Shown: positions 8,607 to 16,876 of the stretch, in pieces | How the letters are laid out: every line of letters begins with the position of its first letter | Position numbering within the stretch: position 1 is the first letter of the stretch | From: Thermoplasmata archaeon | GTDB lineage: Archaea > Thermoplasmatota > SW-10-69-26 > JACQPN01 > JAJPHT01 | Assembly (NCBI GenBank): GCA_034667685.1 | Contig: JAXDQU010000051.1 | Span: 1 to 18,223 of the forward strand | Reading direction: 5' to 3' | Length of the DNA: 18,223 bases | Made by a program: the position numbers and the translations under genes | The notes under the pieces: generated by a model | Databases searched by the model: none | What the model saw: only the letters and a program-made list of their open reading frames with translations | Told to the model about the DNA's origin: nothing

Positions 8607-9072
8607 TGCCCGAGAACGACAATTGGCCCAAGTCGCGCTCGGCCACGCCGAGTGCCTCTTCGCGCTCTAGTCCGGCCAGTGTCGAGCGCAGGGCGAGGAT
8701 CGTGCGTTGGCGCATTGTGGCCGCGCCGCGATACTCGTGACTCCAGACGGCCCGGTCGGCGCGCTTGTGCGCGAGCTTCCACTTCACGCCCTCCATCATG
8801 GTCGTGTACGCGTTCGCGTCCACCTTGCGGGCGCGTTGCGTCGCGACGATGAGCCAGTAGAATCCCGAGTCCTGCTTTGCTCCTGAGCCGATGGGCGCGC
8901 CGACGTGGCGCCGCTTCATGGCGCGAAATGCCATCGTCCACCGGTCGGGCGCCAGCTTCGTCTCCCGCCACCTCCCGGCGTATTCCCACTCGTGCGTCAG
9001 GCCGATGGGAGCCCCGACGTACTTGGCCCCGCTGGGCGAGACCTTCACGTCGTCGTACGCCAACGCGGCCAC
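8572..9072 (-). CDS. Conserved hypothetical protein (Trp-rich, basic)
   Basis: GTG start right after the upstream stop. G.TH.W.Y.G.W.ETK..PD.W....KRR..AP.GSG....YW.I.A.Q...K..AN.YTT.M.G.K.KLAHKRA resembles an uncharacterised family I recall from other prokaryotes (unverified). Confidence 0.8.
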   Translation of the reverse strand: MAALAYDDVKVSPSGAKYVGAPIGLTHEWEYAGRWRETKLAPDRWTMAFRAMKRRHVGAPIGSGAKQDSGFYWLIVATQRARKVDANAYTTMMEGVKWKLAHKRADRAVWSHEYRGAATMRQRTILALRSTLAGLEREEALGVAERDLGQLSFSGIDLPFSEVMEG

Positions 9073-9073
9073 C

Positions 9074-9628
9074 TCAGTCCAAGGTGAGGCGGGCCTGCTC
9101 CAGGCGCGTGTAGTTACGGCCGAAAACCTGGAGCGTCCGAACGCGCCGGAACGGGCCCATCGTCACGGCGATCTGCGCCTGGCGAAACCCGCCAGGGAAC
9201 CACTTTGATGGAAAGACGCGCTCGTGGAGGATCGCGAGCTGGCGGCAGGTGCGCCAAATCTCAGCGGCCTCACGGCGGTACATCTTGTCGTAGGGCGGAT
9301 CCCAATACCCCAAGCCAAAGCACTCGTTCAAGAACGGGAGGTGAAGCCAATCCGCGCGGAGCGCGCGCGGCGTGCGCGGCGGCGCGAGATCCACCGCGAG
9401 CAGGTCAGCGGGGATGCCGTCTCGCGCGCCGAAGGCCACCTCGGGCCGCCCGAAGGTCTGCGCGACCCGCTCGAAGACGGCGCCGCTTCCCCACCCCCGC
9501 GTGCGGGGGCGAGGGCAGGCCCACAATCCAGTCCGGACCGGCGGCCGTAGTCCCGCCGCGTGGAGCCGGAGCTGCCAGAGGGCAAAATCGGCGTCGTACC
9601 GCGTCGGCCCCCGTGGCGTGGGCTTCAT
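9074..9628 (-). CDS. Small amino-(N6A/N4C) DNA methyltransferase-like protein
   Basis: LAVDL...RADWLHLPF.NECFGLGYWDPPY gives a SAM-binding region plus the DPPY catalytic motif; ATGA overlap with the upstream gene. Confidence 0.7.
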   Translation of the reverse strand: MKPTPRGPTRYDADFALWQLRLHAAGLRPPVRTGLWACPRPRTRGWGSGAVFERVAQTFGRPEVAFGARDGIPADLLAVDLAPPRTPRALRADWLHLPFLNECFGLGYWDPPYDKMYRREAAEIWRTCRQLAILHERVFPSKWFPGGFRQAQIAVTMGPFRRVRTLQVFGRNYTRLEQARLTLD

Positions 9629-10161
9629 GCGAACGCGTCCAGCGTGTCTCTCCTCTGAGGCGGCTCGCCCCGGCTGGCGAGGCGCGCCTGGAGCACGACC
9701 TCGTAGGGCGACGAGGCGCGACGCCAGGCGTTCCGCTCGTCGGGCGCCCAGGGCCACTCGACGCTGGCCGGATCGCGCGCCCAAGCCCAGCGGAAGCACC
9801 GATCGCAGTGGGGCGGCTCGCCCGCCGCGCGGGCCGCGCCGCACTCGCAGCAGTAAAGGCGTCCTCGCTCGTCGCGGGGACGGCCGCGCGTCCAAGCCTC
9901 GTACAGCTCCGACCCAGGCGGCGCGGACGCTATGCCCTCGTCCCAGGCCGCATCAGCCAAGTCGTAGGCGCGGAAGAGCTGTACCGTCATGACGCCTTCA
10001 GGCTCGGGCTCAGGAGCGCCGCGGGGCAACTCCAATCCGCAAGCGGCCACAAAAGTGGCCAAGGGCTCACACTCCACTTGATCGGGCGCGCGCATCGTCA
10101 TGGCTTCGTCAGGCTCCAAGGCGTAGCGGGCGAGGCGCTTCAGCGACCAGTCCGTGCTCAC
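9625..10161 (-). CDS. Hypothetical Zn-finger protein
   Basis: CCECG...HCDRC; overlaps at both ends (GTGA, ATGA). Confidence 0.65.
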   Translation of the reverse strand: MSTDWSLKRLARYALEPDEAMTMRAPDQVECEPLATFVAACGLELPRGAPEPEPEGVMTVQLFRAYDLADAAWDEGIASAPPGSELYEAWTRGRPRDERGRLYCCECGAARAAGEPPHCDRCFRWAWARDPASVEWPWAPDERNAWRRASSPYEVVLQARLASRGEPPQRRDTLDAFA

Positions 10162-10448
10162 GATGTCGCGCTCCTTCCCTGCTGTTGCACCTCGTACGAT
10201 GGCGCGAGAAGGGGTTCGACGGTGCGTTCCCAGCACTCCTGGCAGTAGAGATCCGGCGTGGGCGCGTACGGTCCGCTCGTCCGGATGACGTACTTGCCCT
10301 TCTCGTCGGCGACGTAGCCGTAGATCACGGCATCCTGCTGCCCGCACTGGGCGCAAGGAAAGAAGATTGGGAGGCGAGCGCCCCCGCTCGTCGTCCAACC
10401 CGCTCGCCACTGCATGGGCATCTTGAGCCGGGTCGCCATCAACGTCAT
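10158..10448 (-). CDS. Small Zn-finger protein
   Basis: CAQC...YCQECW; ATGA and GTGA overlaps. Confidence 0.65.
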   Translation of the reverse strand: MTLMATRLKMPMQWRAGWTTSGGARLPIFFPCAQCGQQDAVIYGYVADEKGKYVIRTSGPYAPTPDLYCQECWERTVEPLLAPSYEVQQQGRSATS

Positions 10449-10756
10449 GCTGACCCTCCAGGACGGAGCGCGCCCTTCGCGATCTCGACCGCTTCGATGA
10501 GACGCTTCGCGCTGCCGACCACTGCGGCCGACTTGCCCCCGTTGGCTCCACCAGCGAGATACACCGTGTAAGGGTGCTCGCGGTTCCAGCGCAGCTGGAT
10601 GGCCGACTCCTTGTCGATGAAGAGCAACTCCCACGGAATGCCGAGGCGATAGCGCGTCAAGTGGTCGTTTAGCCCAAAGACCGCTTCCACCTCGTCGGGG
10701 ACTCGCTTGTGGACCCAGCCCTTGCGAGTCTCGTACGAATCAACAAGGTGGCTCAC
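10445..10756 (-). CDS. Hypothetical protein (103 aa)
   Basis: GGAGGA SD before the GTG; stop overlaps the next ATG. Confidence 0.65.
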   Translation of the reverse strand: MSHLVDSYETRKGWVHKRVPDEVEAVFGLNDHLTRYRLGIPWELLFIDKESAIQLRWNREHPYTVYLAGGANGGKSAAVVGSAKRLIEAVEIAKGALRPGGSA

Positions 10757-10791
10757 GCCAATCCTCCAATGAATCGAGACTCGGGCATGAT

Positions 10792-11046
10792 TCAGGCATC
10801 AGTGCGGGTGAGTTCGGCGGGCTCGCCGCGCTCGTCGCAAAGCCAGGAGCCTTCCTCGTTCTGCGCGATGACGCCCCTGGGAAATCGGCGGACCACGAAC
10901 GTCTTGTCCGGCAAGGGATCGAGGCACGCCGAAGCGTTCGGATTCCCCGCGCGATCCACCAACGCCTCGGCCTCCGCTCGCGTGGGCGCCTCGACGAAGT
11001 AGATGTCCACGAGACGACAGGTCTTGACGATGACGAAACGCGTCAC
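10792..11046 (-). CDS. Hypothetical protein (84 aa)
   Basis: GGAGGAG SD and GTGA overlap; VEAPTRAEAEALV pattern common in small viral proteins. Confidence 0.6.
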   Translation of the reverse strand: MTRFVIVKTCRLVDIYFVEAPTRAEAEALVDRAGNPNASACLDPLPDKTFVVRRFPRGVIAQNEEGSWLCDERGEPAELTRTDA

Positions 11047-11447
11047 GAGCGTCTCCTCCCGCTGAGGAGCTGGCGAGCGCCCTCGGGGTCGCGTGACCAT
11101 TTCTCTAGGCGGAGACGGATGGCTCCCGGCTGGCGGCCCAGCTCTGCGGCGATCTGCCGGAGCGTTCGGCCCGCGTCCCGCAAACGCAAGAGGAGCACAT
11201 CATCCTCCTTCGCCCACGGAAAGAATGCGTTAGGGCAGGTAACGCGGACCCGCGCGATGCGCTCAGCTCGCGACTCGACGCGCGCCGCGCCTTGGGTTTC
11301 GAGCGCGGCAAGCCCTTCGCCTGCGGCGCGGGCGATGTCGTCGCGCGTCAGCGTGGGATGGAGCGCGAGGATCTCCTCGTGCGTGTGCCCTTCGTAGAGC
11401 AGGTAGAGGATGGCCCTGCTCGTTTCTTCGGGCGCGCTCGGGGCCAC
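11043..11447 (-). CDS. DUF433-like plus C-terminal HTH protein
   Basis: ILYLLYEGHTHEEILALHPTLTRDDIARA is the DUF433 pattern; PWAKEDD.LLL.L...GRTLRQIAAELGRQPGAIRLRL is an HTH. Confidence 0.75.
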   Translation of the reverse strand: MAPSAPEETSRAILYLLYEGHTHEEILALHPTLTRDDIARAAGEGLAALETQGAARVESRAERIARVRVTCPNAFFPWAKEDDVLLLRLRDAGRTLRQIAAELGRQPGAIRLRLEKWSRDPEGARQLLSGRRRS

Positions 11448-11449
11448 GC

Positions 11450-12712
11450 CTATCCCTCCGTGGGGATCACGACTTTGTGCACGCGGGGGAACCGCGGCGC
11501 CTCCTTGACCGTCCGCTCGTAGCGGATGTCCGCCTTCAGGGCGGGACGCAACCACATCAGCACCGGCTTCGAGAGCACCGGACGACGCGCGAGCGGGCAT
11601 TCCCTGACCTGGTAGGCGGGCGTGGCGTCCATGACGCGGACCAAGTCGGCGTCGCGCAGACCGCTACCAGCGCAGCAGACGTACTCGAGCCCTCCCTCTG
11701 CTTCGCGGGCGAGGATGAACGCCCCGAAGCTCTGGACGCGCTTGCCGGTCCCCTCAAGGAGGCCCACGACCACGAGGTTGTCAACGCGGGCGGGCTCCTT
11801 CGCCTTCCTCCATGCGTTGCTGCGCTTGCCTACGTAGGGCGCGGTCGTGTCCTTCACGATCACGCCCTCGCCCTTCGCTGCAAGCACCTCGTCATAGAGC
11901 GCGAGCATCGCATTGGTCGCCTTGGCGACGTGGAGGCCACGTCGTGCGAGGATCTCCAGGCGCGCGCGGCGAGCGGCGTAGATCAGTGGCCGCAGGTCGT
12001 GGTTGCCCTCTTGCAGCAGGTCGAAGGCCACGAAGGTCATGGGGTTGCGGGCCACGTGCGCCCGGATGCGCAGCCGATCTGTTCGGGGGCGCTTCTGGAG
12101 CACGTTCACGTCCATGCGGAGGCCCGATGCGTCGAGGCTGCCCAGTTCGCCGTCGAGCATGACGTCACCCAGTTCAAGCTCTTCGAGCGTGGAGACGACT
12201 TCGGGGAACCGATGCGTCTCCTCTTCGCCCTCGCGCGAGAGGAGGCTCGTGACGTGGTTCTGCTTGATGGTGGCGATGATCCGCATGCCATCGAGCTTGG
12301 TCTCTGCCACGTAGCGCGACCCGCCACTGAGCCGGGCGAGATCCGCGCGCACGTCGGTCCACGCGCCCGGCTCGGCGAGCATCACGCCCACCCCGAAGCC
12401 CGTCGAGGGGAGCTGCGCTGGTGGCCCGACGGTGAGGACCGGCGGAGGAGCCGGGGAGGGCTCCGCGGCGGAGGCGTCGGCCTCCGCGCGGTAGCCCTTC
12501 CCCGTCTTCTCTGCCACGAGGCTCTCGTACTTCTTGCGGGCCGTCGCCTCGTCGGTGGCCTCGACCTTGTAGCCTTGGGTCAAGTGAGCTCCCCGGCGGC
12601 CGTACTCGAACCACACCGACCATGCTGCACCTTCGCGGCGCAGTTGGGCGTGGTACACTTTGTCGCTCGTGCCCTCGCGAAAGGCGAGGGCTACGCTCTC
12701 TACGGTTTCCAT
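11450..12712 (-). CDS. ATP-dependent DNA ligase with N-terminal WGR domain
   Basis: WGR: SDKVY...YGRRG...A.KKY..LVAEKTGKGY. Ligase motifs I ETKLDGMR, III LDGEL, IIIa FVAFDLL, IV EGVIVK, V WRKAK; OB-fold GSG...RFPR. GAGGT SD before ATG 12712. Confidence 0.93.
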   Translation of the reverse strand: METVESVALAFREGTSDKVYHAQLRREGAAWSVWFEYGRRGAHLTQGYKVEATDEATARKKYESLVAEKTGKGYRAEADASAAEPSPAPPPVLTVGPPAQLPSTGFGVGVMLAEPGAWTDVRADLARLSGGSRYVAETKLDGMRIIATIKQNHVTSLLSREGEEETHRFPEVVSTLEELELGDVMLDGELGSLDASGLRMDVNVLQKRPRTDRLRIRAHVARNPMTFVAFDLLQEGNHDLRPLIYAARRARLEILARRGLHVAKATNAMLALYDEVLAAKGEGVIVKDTTAPYVGKRSNAWRKAKEPARVDNLVVVGLLEGTGKRVQSFGAFILAREAEGGLEYVCCAGSGLRDADLVRVMDATPAYQVRECPLARRPVLSKPVLMWLRPALKADIRYERTVKEAPRFPRVHKVVIPTEG

Positions 12713-12732
12713 GTTGAACCTCGAGAAGGAAG

Positions 12733-12927
12733 TCAGCGGCGGCCGGGCCGGTTCCGGGCGCGAACGCACTTCGCGCACTCCGGCGCGCGTCGCGAGGGAG
12801 CATCCACGAGCGTCCACGAGGCGCGCACGCGCAGCCCACAGTGCGTCTTGCGGGCGTCGCTGCTCGTGTGCGTCTTTTTGTGGGCGACCACGCGCGTCTC
12901 GTAGTACGCGTAGCCCAGCCTACTCAC
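12733..12927 (-). CDS. Small His/Cys protein (64 aa), possible Zn binder
   Basis: TH...THCG...CAKC; GTG overlaps the upstream ORF end and the gene fills the operon gap. Confidence 0.5.
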   Translation of the reverse strand: MSRLGYAYYETRVVAHKKTHTSSDARKTHCGLRVRASWTLVDAPSRRAPECAKCVRARNRPGRR

Positions 12928-13084
12928 CGCCCGCGGGAAGCGTGCGCAGGAAGAGGCGCGCCGCCTCGGTCGAAGAGAAGGGCACCACAAGCACGACAAA
13001 TCCGCCGGAGTCGGGGAACGTGCCCGAGCTTGCCAATGCGCGATAGGGCGCGCCCGCGATGTTCACGACCACGGTTCGCCTCAC
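12920..13084 (-). CDS. Hypothetical small protein (54 aa)
   Basis: GTGA overlap with the upstream gene; fills the gap exactly. Confidence 0.45.
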   Translation of the reverse strand: MRRTVVVNIAGAPYRALASSGTFPDSGGFVVLVVPFSSTEAARLFLRTLPAGGE

Positions 13085-13626
13085 GCCGCGGCCCCCCGCT
13101 TCTTGCCCGCCGCCGTGGCCGGCTTCGCCTTGCGCGGCTTCGGTGTCACGAGCGGCGCCTCGACGCTCGGGGCCGGATCTGACGCTTCGGGCGCGGGTTC
13201 GGCGGGCTTGCGGCGCGTCTTTGCGGTCTCCATGCAGTAGGCCGCGCCGTGTCCATCGCGTGAGGCGGCGACTTCCTGGGCTTCTTCGGGCGTGTCGCGC
13301 ACGAAGAGCGTGCCGCAATCCTCGCAGCGCAAGCCGTATCGGACCGGCCCGTCGGCGCTGTTGGGATAGTAGGTGAAGATCGCGCTTCCTGGCGCGATAG
13401 GCTCCAGTGTGGGCCAGGTCCGCTTCGGCGGCACGTACGGCTCCACCCTGGGGCCGGCGGGAACGCGCCGTGTCTCGGTGGCTGGGGGTGGCGCGGCGAG
13501 GGCTTCTGCCGTGGCCGCCGACCAGCCGCACTCGCTGCACGTTCCGTCGGGCGCGTCGAGGGACGCTCCGCATTGGGGGCAATCGGGAACCTCGTCGCCC
13601 ACCTCGTCGGGATCAGACGAGGGCAA
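13081..13626 (-). CDS. Zn-ribbon protein with Pro/Lys-rich tail
   Basis: CPQCG...CSECG and CEDCG...H...C; TTG start overlaps the end of the Ku-like gene. Confidence 0.7.
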   Translation of the reverse strand: MPSSDPDEVGDEVPDCPQCGASLDAPDGTCSECGWSAATAEALAAPPPATETRRVPAGPRVEPYVPPKRTWPTLEPIAPGSAIFTYYPNSADGPVRYGLRCEDCGTLFVRDTPEEAQEVAASRDGHGAAYCMETAKTRRKPAEPAPEASDPAPSVEAPLVTPKPRKAKPATAAGKKRGAAA

Positions 13627-14527
13627 AGGCGCTCACCACCCTCTTCTCTGGCTTCGTCTGCTCGGCCTTGGGGATGGGGACGCGGTTTTCGACGCTCGCC
13701 ATCACCAGCTCCTCTTTGGCGTCGCGCTTGACATCCTTGTCCAGCATGGCCAAGAGCCCTTTCTCGGGCGTCTCGCCTTCCCATGCTTGGGCTGCGTGGG
13801 CGGCGCCGGCCGCATAGAGATGATCGTACTCGTCGCGCGAGAGCTCGTCCACCGGGTAGGCGGGGACGCTCTTGGCGTCCCGGTCGAGGTTCACCTTGAA
13901 GAGCAATAGCGCGCCAGACTCGGCGAGCGTCACGAAGGCCAACCGGGAGTTGCCGCGCTGGCGGACCACCGCGAGGCCGACCCTGTCCGTGAGGTAGGCG
14001 TGCAAGCACGCCCAGACCTTGCGCGTGTCCGCTGCCTCGTTCGAGGGCACGATGCTCATGCTCCCTTGGACCAGACGCGCAAGGTAGTCGCGCAAGCCCC
14101 ATGCACCGGCCAAATCCTGCGGGATGGGTCGCAGGACGCGCACCTCATCAGGCAGGCCCTTCGTTACTTCGGCGGTTGCTTCGGCGTCCGCCGGCGCGAT
14201 CACGGCGACCTCGCCGCCGGTCTTGTACCCCTTCAGCGCCGCGTCCTTCGAGACGAGGGCCGCCTGGAAGAGGCTCGCCAACTGCGACTCCAGCTCGCTC
14301 TGCGAGAGGGCGTGGTCCGCGAGGTGCTCGGCCATGTCCTTGATGGCCTGGTCGCGGCATGCTTCGCATGTCTTGGGCTGCTTCACCGGCAGCTGGTGCA
14401 CCGGGCAGAGCGTCGAGAGCGACACCGCGCTCGCGCCCGTCTTCGACGCGGCCAAGCCCGTGAGCTCGACCTCGATGTCGATCTTGGTCTTCTCGACCCA
14501 GAATCGGATTCCTGACTTCTTCGCCAC
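13613..14527 (-). CDS. ku: Divergent prokaryotic Ku-like DNA end-binding protein
   Basis: Colinear with the Ku core: IEVEL..., VSLSTLCPVH..PVKQPKTCEAC, VSKDAALKGYK.GGEVAVI...D.E, EVRVLRPIP, IVP.....KVWACL...L.DRVGLAVVRQRGNSRLAFV......LLL. GGAGGAG SD before GTG 14527. Confidence 0.75.
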   Translation of the reverse strand: MAKKSGIRFWVEKTKIDIEVELTGLAASKTGASAVSLSTLCPVHQLPVKQPKTCEACRDQAIKDMAEHLADHALSQSELESQLASLFQAALVSKDAALKGYKTGGEVAVIAPADAEATAEVTKGLPDEVRVLRPIPQDLAGAWGLRDYLARLVQGSMSIVPSNEAADTRKVWACLHAYLTDRVGLAVVRQRGNSRLAFVTLAESGALLLFKVNLDRDAKSVPAYPVDELSRDEYDHLYAAGAAHAAQAWEGETPEKGLLAMLDKDVKRDAKEELVMASVENRVPIPKAEQTKPEKRVVSAFALV

Positions 14528-14605
14528 GAAGACTTCTCCTCCCGCCACGCGCGGCGGGGCAGGGCTCGCGCTCGCAGCGAAGCGATGCGCGATCCAACGA
14601 CGCGC

Positions 14606-14992
14606 CTACGAGGCGTTCTCGCTCTCGCGGCGCCGCTCGTGCGCCAGCCTGAGGAGGCTCGCGCGCACGAGGCTAGGCACGCGCTCCTCCAAGACCCAGC
14701 CCAACCTCGCAGGCGGTTCCCCGCCCAGGTACACGGGCATGTGCGCGAGTTCCTCGCGCACAAAGCCCCGCAACTCGCCCTTCCCCATCTGCGCGGCCAA
14801 CTCGATCTCGAAGCCATGACAAGCCAGCAGGGCTTCTTCGACGGCCTCCGCGGCATAGAGCGCCCACGCGCACGCCTGCAAGGTATTCGCATCGTGCGAA
14901 GACAGCCTGGTTGCGCAGGCGTTGCAGGAGCCCACGGGATCCGCCAGCTTCGCTCGCAGGTCGGGCCACGGCGGCAAGAGGAACTTCGTCAC
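14606..14992 (-). CDS. Hypothetical protein (128 aa)
   Basis: GAGGAGG SD and GTGA overlap; CNAC...H...C. Confidence 0.6.
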   Translation of the reverse strand: MTKFLLPPWPDLRAKLADPVGSCNACATRLSSHDANTLQACAWALYAAEAVEEALLACHGFEIELAAQMGKGELRGFVREELAHMPVYLGGEPPARLGWVLEERVPSLVRASLLRLAHERRRESENAS

Positions 14993-15102
14993 GCCTCCTC
15001 ACCCGCCTCGTCCTGACCTGTCGCTTGCTCTCGGCGCCAACGGACGCGTGATTCGTCGATGAGCCGGCGCCAGCGCCGGCCCGACTCGGCCGCGCCCTTC
15101 AC
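14989..15102 (-). CDS. Possible 37-aa peptide
   Basis: GTGA overlaps at both ends; no recognisable motif. Confidence 0.35.
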   Translation of the reverse strand: MKGAAESGRRWRRLIDESRVRWRREQATGQDEAGEEA

Positions 15103-16841
15103 GCGACACCCGCCGCAGGCGTGGGCGCAGGCACAGCCGACGCGGGGGCGGGAGCGACCTTGCGCGGCTGCTTGGGCGGCGCCCGGATGGGCACCTTCGC
15201 GGCGGCGCGCACGCGCTCGTCGTGATAGCCGGCGATGAGCGCGCCCTTCGGCCTCGACCGACACGCCGCCTTCACCTTGACCAGGCAGACGGGGCAGGCC
15301 ACGCGCCGGGGGTCCTCCCACCAGCGCGTGCGACGCACCTTCCCCGAGCCGTGCTCCTTCAGTTCTTTCCGCATCTGCTTCTCCGCGCTGGTGCTGATCT
15401 CCTTGATGCTCGTGCGCGCCACGAGCTCCAGCGTGCCCTCATAGCCGCGCATGTACGTGGCCAGGACGGCCGCGACGAAGTGCGAGCGCTTTTCGCCCTT
15501 GAGCCCCTTGACGTACTTTAGCCGCTCCTCGTACGTCATGCCCTTCTTCGCGATCGGGTACGCGCTCGTCTTGTTGCCCCACGCCATCACGGCGGGGTAG
15601 GGCAGCTCGACGCTGGTGGCGATGCGATCGGCCTCGCCCTCGTCGTACTCGGCTACGCGGCAGAGCACGCGGAGCCCTAGCTCGTCCACGACGCTGGGCG
15701 AGGAGCGCGCGGCTCCTTTGGTGAGCGCGATGAGCGCCTGCTCCTGCGTGCGGCGGTGAAGCTCGTTGTTGAAACGCCGCTGATCGTCCTTCTGGCGCTG
15801 CTCCTCCGTCTTCGTGGACTTCTTGCTGCGCGCCTTCGCCTTCTCGGCCTGCTCCTGCTCGATGGCTGCCTGGACGGCCTTTTCGAGCTCTGGCTGGGGG
15901 AAGTACCGAATGGGCCTGTAGGCCGGGTCCGCCAGGGATGGGGCCGCCTCGAACGCGGCCACGAGCGCGCGCCTGTTCCTGATGTCCCAAGGCACGTCCT
16001 CCCGCCACCCCAAGGATTCCAGGCGATGGATGGTGTCCCACCGGATGGAGTGCCAGTCGCGCCGTTCCGGGGCCGCACCGCGCAGGACCTCCGCCACGGC
16101 CTCCTTGACTTGGGTCGCTAGCGTTTCATTCTCGACGCCCTTCGCCTGGACGAATGCTTCCAGGCTGCGAAGCGCGCCCTCCTGCGAGCAGTGCTCGGCG
16201 GCGTAGGGACCGTACGTCGGGCCGAGGGCGTGGATGCGAAGGCGCTGCTCGACCCACGATTCGCTGTGGCCCGCGAGACGGGCCAGTGTCTTGATGCTGA
16301 TTCCTGGCGTGGCTTCGCGCAGGCGGGAGAGGGCGCGGCCCTGCTCGTACGAGTTGTGCGCCTTGACGCCCACGTTCTGGACCAGGCTGCCCGCAGCCGC
16401 CATCGCTTCCGTCTGCTCGGTCGCGTAGCAGAGCGCCGTCGCGTACTGCTCAGGATCCGTCTTCTGGAGGATCATGAGCGCGGCGTGGCGGTGGTGCCCG
16501 TCCGTGATGAAGAACTGACCCGGATTGTCCGGGTCGGGCCGCACGTCAAGCGCCGTGCGCTGGCCGGCGAGGCGGATCATGTCCGCCAACTCGTGGGCCC
16601 AGGCCTCGTCGATCTCGCGCGGCTTCTTCGGATCGTGCTTCAGCTTCGCCAGTGGCACGAGCATCGTCGGCCGCTCGCTGGGCCGTATGCGCACGAGGCT
16701 TGGGTCGAACGCGCCCAAGTCCGCCTGCGCCGCGTCCGCCATGTTCGCCGCGCGGACCTGCGCCCGCGACGGCCTCTTCTTGCCCTTCACGGGCTCCTGC
16801 GCGCCCCCAACGTGGGGCGCCTTGGTCTTGGTCTTCTGCAT
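15099..16841 (-). CDS. ParB/Spo0J-family protein with HTH and C-terminal Zn finger
   Basis: VPLAKL..DPKKPR.....ELADMIR..GQ...LDVRP....FFITDGHHRHAA; HTH SIKTLARLAGHSESWVEQRLRI; CPVC.......C...........H.ER. GGTGAT SD before ATG 16841. Confidence 0.88.
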   Translation of the reverse strand: MQKTKTKAPHVGGAQEPVKGKKRPSRAQVRAANMADAAQADLGAFDPSLVRIRPSERPTMLVPLAKLKHDPKKPREIDEAWAHELADMIRLAGQRTALDVRPDPDNPGQFFITDGHHRHAALMILQKTDPEQYATALCYATEQTEAMAAAGSLVQNVGVKAHNSYEQGRALSRLREATPGISIKTLARLAGHSESWVEQRLRIHALGPTYGPYAAEHCSQEGALRSLEAFVQAKGVENETLATQVKEAVAEVLRGAAPERRDWHSIRWDTIHRLESLGWREDVPWDIRNRRALVAAFEAAPSLADPAYRPIRYFPQPELEKAVQAAIEQEQAEKAKARSKKSTKTEEQRQKDDQRRFNNELHRRTQEQALIALTKGAARSSPSVVDELGLRVLCRVAEYDEGEADRIATSVELPYPAVMAWGNKTSAYPIAKKGMTYEERLKYVKGLKGEKRSHFVAAVLATYMRGYEGTLELVARTSIKEISTSAEKQMRKELKEHGSGKVRRTRWWEDPRRVACPVCLVKVKAACRSRPKGALIAGYHDERVRAAAKVPIRAPPKQPRKVAPAPASAVPAPTPAAGVA

Positions 16842-16876
16842 GATATCACCGATGAATGAGAAACGGCAACGACGCG

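Noticed and set aside
11450-12712. Calling the ligase ligD
   Set aside because: No LigD polymerase or phosphoesterase domain; the N-terminus is WGR.
11477-12904. 475-aa plus-strand ORF
   Set aside because: Antisense shadow of the ligase.
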